64,000 nucleotides of DNA, from NCBI RefSeq assembly GCF_030684315.1, contig NC_081368.1, positions 48,189,734 through 48,253,733 on the forward strand, read 5' to 3'. Position numbers and translations under genes: made by a program. How positions within the stretch are numbered: position 1 is the first letter of the stretch; every line of letters starts with the position of its first letter. The notes under the pieces are model-generated. The model saw only the letters and a list, made by a program, of their open reading frames with translations. It was not told the DNA's origin and did not search any database. The DNA comes from Stegostoma tigrinum. Lineage: Eukaryota. Of this stretch, positions 59,151-64,000 are shown one piece after another.

Positions 59151-62100
59151 ATAGTCCAGGTAGCCACAATATGTCCTTTGCAACATATTTCTTGCACTTC
59201 ACAAAGCTTGTAACCACCTGCTATTACCAGGTCAAAAAGTTATTAGTGCAAAACCAATGCACAAAATGTGAAATCCTGAGTTTGATTAGCACCATCAACA
59301 TTCACTGCCTTCACCTTGGCGAAGGCAGTGGCATAATGGTAGTGTCACTGGACTAGTTACCCAGATGTTAATGTTCTGGGGACCTCTGGGAATTCAGTTT
59401 AAAAAAAATTATCACCACCTGCGCAATGACTGCAGTAATTCACCAAGCACCTTCAAAACTTGTGACTTTGTCCCAGCATAAATACAGTGACTTGGGACTA
59501 CATAGCTGTTCCTTCATTCTGTCAAAGTCATGGAAAACCTTGACTAACAGATTTGTGGTTGCCCGTACACCTTAAGGACTGCAATGAAATCAAAATCATG
59601 GATGTCCCACAATGTTTGATACCTCAATGACCACCACACTTCAAAATGTACTCAGTTGGCTGTAAAGCCCTTCATGATTTTTGGTAGCCATGAAGTACAC
59701 ATTCTAAAATCAAGTCTTTCTGATTCTGGGACAAAACTCTCTTTCCCAGTAATCGCCTGCCAATTTTATTTCACACCAACCTGCGTGGCTAGGTGAAGTA
59801 TTTTAAAATGACTCTGAAGTAACTTCATTTAGTTTCATGAGGAATGGAAGCAAAAGAACTCAGAATAGGCTTCTGAAAAATACTGATTGCTGCTCATCCT
59901 TCTCTAGACTCTTTCATTACCTCAACGTTCTGGCTTCCATGGCTGAGTTTTGTGTTGTATTAAACTATCCATTGCATGACTTGTAATAGAAGTGTTCAAG
60001 GAAAAAAAGAGACAATCTTAGCATCTATTAAGCACATGGTTACCTGGGCATTTGATGCCACACAAGCTGTCATACACTCATGAGGCTGAAAAAGGTGTAT
60101 GGATAATATATTGACATGGATTGCAGATTGGTTAACTGATTCCTACTGTTTCATAAAAAAGTTGTATCGAGCATCATTACTGCAGACAATCAGTGCTTGC
60201 AACTTGATGTGCATCTTGTAAATAAACATATCTACACCCAAGTTTGAATGATTAATATAGATGCACAGAACAGTGGCTGTAGTACTGATGCTTAAAAGCA
60301 CCAGTATATAACTTCCAGCTCGCTGTAGTGAGGGAAGGTGTGGTAACAGCCCTTGAGCACTGGGTTCATGCCACTTAGCTTTGGAGATTCTTTGTGCGTT
60401 CTTCAACTTTTGACATCTGTTGAGCTGTTTTGGAAAATTATGTGCACAATATCAACCACACTACTATTCTTAAGCTGTTGATTCCTCATCAAAAAGCTCA
60501 ACTGAGGTTTTTTAGACACTTATCTGGTTATCTTTATTTACCTTGTGCTTTATATTACTACCATTGGGGAGAAAAGTTTTAATTTACAACTCATAATTTC
60601 CTGTTTCTTTTCACAGATCTTTCTGATAGGAAGACCTAATCCTATGTCTCTCGATTTTGTGCGAAGATATTGGCTTTCGTAGTTACTAATTTAATTTCAT
60701 TTGCATATGCAAATCTTCTGTTCACCAGTAAGAAATGCTTTGAAATTCAGAATTGCAGGTCTGCAGTCCTCCAGGTATTCTAATCAACAGTGCAGTCCAT
60801 TAATTTTCCAAACCAAGCATTAAAGATACAATTCAGTTGTAATCACAAGTGTTTTTCTATGATTCTTTAACTATTAAAATGATATTGGGGTGCAGTTTAA
60901 CTCGAATGAGTGCAGCCATTTTAGGTTGCCTGCATTTTGATGGAAGCTGTTCATTAGTGCATGCCTGGAAATTGAGAATGCTGTCTACAATATTTCCCTC
61001 CATTTGTGGACAGTCATGGCATGTTCCCTGCAGGTTTCTGTGGTGAACTAAATTGTCTGTTACTACTGAGAGCCGACGTGTCTTTCTGGCAATGAAATGG
61101 CACAGCTTATTTCTTTACCAGACACGTACCTCCAAATGTAAAATCTGACTGCACCTTTTATTGCAGCTCCTTTTTTTTTAGAAACAACAATGCCACTGGT
61201 ATATTTTTGTGCTCTGAGCATGCAAGCACCTGGAGTTGCATCCATGTTATCACCAATATTTGGCTTATAAACATTGGTAGCAGTGTTTGCCTTGTGGTGT
61301 TTCTTGATTCCATACTCTCTACATCTTGTTCTTCTGACCTATGATCCTTCCTTAATGTGGTGTTCTTATCCCTTATCATAACTACCCACTTTCTTTTCCT
61401 TGATGCCTATCTTTCCCTAAATATCAGTTTTTTTTTTGAATTTTCATTCCTACCAATGGCCACTCTTGGGTCACATCTTTCATCGCAACTAGATAATATC
61501 AACTTATTTCTCCTGTCAATTCACCTGTTTTGATGTGAATGCTGCATGCATTCAGTGTCCCTTTTAACTATGCTGCTTTTAATGTTATCCTAGTCTACAA
61601 TTTGACTTGCTGGTATTTGTTTCTGCTCTCTTCCACTTTCATTTACTACATCAAAACTTAACAATTGTTAGTTTTTTCTCTCACATCTGATTTCTGCCTG
61701 GTTCCATCCTCTGGCTGCTTTAAACTAGTCAGGCTGGTCAAACAACAGCCCGACATTGTCTGTGTAGTATGATTGATAGGCTGTCTCTGATATCACCATC
61801 CCATTAGCAGCATGCAAATGTTAGTCAATAGCTGCCTCTGAAAAGGGAATCTAACTATCTTTCCTTTATGTTCAATGGTATTACAATTGCTGAATCCCTG
61901 ATTATCAACTTCCAAGTTTAGCATTGACCAGAAAGTGAACTGGGTCAGCCACATGAATACTCTGTCCAAGAGCAGGTCTCGGATTAGGAATTCTGCAGAA
62001 AGCAATACATGCCCTTTTATTCTCACTGCCCGTCTGTTTGTAATGCATGAGTTAGGAGTGCAATAGGATAATCTCCGTTTTGCTTGGATGTGTGCAATTT

Positions 62101-63149
62101 CAACAAAAAGGTAGACACCAACCAGGAGAAAGCAGCCTCAACCAACACACAGCCTGCATCATTGGCACCTTGTCTAACAACTTTGACTGACTTTCATTCC
62201 CTTTAGCACTGATGCATATTGGCACTGTGTGCCTCAGAAGATGCAGTGCAGTAATTTCCAAAGGCTCCTTCAATAACACCCTACAAACTAAAACTTCTAC
62301 CATTTAGAAGGGCAAGGGCAACAGTTGCTTGTGGACACCATTACCTACAGGTTCCCCTCCAAGTCCCACTCCGAGCTGATTTGGAGCTGTATCATTGTTC
62401 CTTCACTGTCACTGGGTTAAATTCATAGTCATCCCTTCCTAACAACTCCTCTTTAGGTGTTACTGCGCACCAAGAACTCCTGCAGTTCTTGAAGGCACTT
62501 GCTAACATCTATGTACATGAAGGGCTCTTGTGCAGGGAGGTTGAGTAGTTTGGGCTATAGAAGAATGAGAGGAAACCTTTGTTGTAACATTTAAGATTCT
62601 TATGGGGCCTGACTAGGTAGATGAGAGGTTGATTTCTTTTGTGGGTGAGTCTGAAACTCGAGCATAATCTGAGTAAGGGGTTCACCATTTAAGCTAAATG
62701 AAGTTAGATGTTTGTCTTTTTGAGGTAAGTCAATCTGCATAATTCTTGACTGCAGAGGACTATGGAGGCTGGGTCATTATATAAGTTCAGGGACTGAAAA
62801 AGAATTTAAAAAAAACTTATGGGAATAAGGCAGTAAAGTGGAGTTAAGGATTATCAGTGGCCATAATCTCGTTGAATGGCTAAGTAGACTAAGCCAAATG
62901 ATCTTCCTCTTTTTCCTACATCTTAAGTAACTTGTTCTCCTTGTGCAAGACCTACCTGCCCCCTGAATCCGACTGTAGAAATTGAAAACACTCCCTCCTA
63001 ATACATTTTCTGCAGCTGTGTCCATTTGCTCAATTTGACTTCTCATTCTGTGGTGCTGCCTTAGTACACGTTTTCCATCTCCTTCCTAATTCTTTAATGT
63101 CTGCTTTTAGGTAGAAAGAAGGATATCATCCTATGTCATTGGAACCACA

Positions 63150-63300
63150 ATCATCATCTCTGGCAGAAGAATGTACTGGAACAACTCTGACATCCTTGTT
63201 CCTGGCACCAGGGAGGCAACATAGAACCCTGCACTTGTATCTACATGCAGCTGTAGATGCATGTGCAAATGTTCTTCTCTTGTCCCTGTCCTCTGCAAAA
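63150..63300 (-). mobile_element. CR1 ORF1 (esterase-like) fragment
   Basis: ORF 63126-63311 contains RVLCCLPGARNKDV, resembling the VCCLPGARVxDV motif of CR1 ORF1. Confidence 0.6.
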
Positions 63301-63580
63301 ATAAGTGCCATCTTCAGTTCTCAAATTTGTTATTTGTCACAGTCACCTTGTTCTGGATCCCAGAGTTTCACTTCATGCAGCTAGTGTCAATTTCTGCACG
63401 TGCACGTACAGGAGGTTTCAAGCCCAGCCATAGCCCTGCCGTGCCTAAACTCATGTTCAGAATATAGACTAGAAAACAGAATTACTTCCTTTCACCATCA
63501 TTCCTGTGCCTATAAAATAGATATTTGAGTTATGTAAAACTTTTTTATATATTGCATCTATTTACACACCTTTTCTAAAG

Positions 63581-63875
63581 TAGAATCATTAGAAACCCTA
63601 CAGTGTGGAAGTGGGCCATTTGGCCCATCAAATCTATACTGACCCTCCCCTCAAAGAGCATCCCGCCCCTGCCCCCTACCTAATCACTGCATTTTCCATG
63701 GCCAGTCCACCTAACCTGCACTCACTCGCTTCTATGGACTATGGGAGGAAGTTGGAGCACCCATCGGAAACCCACACAAACACTAACGGAAAGGCAACTG
63801 TGCGTAGAGAGACAGAGGGTAGAATTGAACCTGGGTTCCTGGCAGTGAGACACGCAGTGCTAGACAATGTTCCAT
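63581..63875 (-). mobile_element. HE1-type V-SINE
   Basis: tagaatc..tagaaaccctacagtgtggaa tail, catggccagtccacctaacctgca domain and gaattgaacctggg B-box in reverse. Confidence 0.82.
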
Positions 63876-64000
63876 CCTTAACGGATTACCTTCCCTTTGG
63901 AAATACAACATCTGAACGTTTGTAAATGAGCTGCATGGTGAATGATTTCACAAGTCAGGATACATGTTACGAAAAAATTAAACTCCCATTAGACTTTACA

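Noticed and set aside
60600-60640. Acceptor-like tttcacag as SLAIN exon 3
   Set aside because: The required phase reaches a stop within seven codons and shows no SLAIN similarity.
63110-63384. GYHPMSLEPQSS ORF superficially like the SLAIN PQSS motif
   Set aside because: Frames compatible with exon 2 from the nearby acceptors hit stops, the following DSELS/YKLxDxTDVQ motif is absent, and the opposite strand matches CR1 ORF1.
1-64000. CRISPR arrays, operons or other prokaryotic systems
   Set aside because: The window is spliced vertebrate DNA; no regularly spaced repeat-spacer array or bacterial gene organisation is present.

Overview
Eukaryotic genomic DNA from a cartilaginous fish (shark), inferred from HE1-type V-SINEs and elasmobranch-style CR1/Penelope repeats; the species cannot be fixed from sequence alone. 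Three host genes are visible: centrin-2 (CETN2, minus strand, four firm coding exons 1194-19986 plus a probable first exon at 30767-30778), NSDHL (plus strand, seven coding exons 33930-42510, 344 aa) arranged head-to-head with CETN2 as in human Xq28, and the first two coding exons of a SLAIN-family gene (51367-56664, continuing beyond the window). Most other sequence is transposon-derived: a near full-length Tx1-clade L1 element, several Penelope-like element (PLE) families carrying minimal hammerhead-ribozyme motifs, CR1 and L2-like LINE fragments, SINEs, a decayed hAT transposase and a tRNA-Gly pseudogene. Most ORFs in the supplied track are spurious or are TE fragments. The most striking observation is that the Tx1 element (5446-9820) sits inside the hammerhead motif of a Penelope element, with a 15-bp target duplication spanning the predicted self-cleavage site and a further 40 nt of diverged target-like sequence at its 5' end. 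This suggests, from one insertion only, a retrotransposon that targets and perhaps borrows another element's ribozyme. Exon coordinates were counted by hand; repeat boundaries are approximate and family names come from motif recognition, not database searches.
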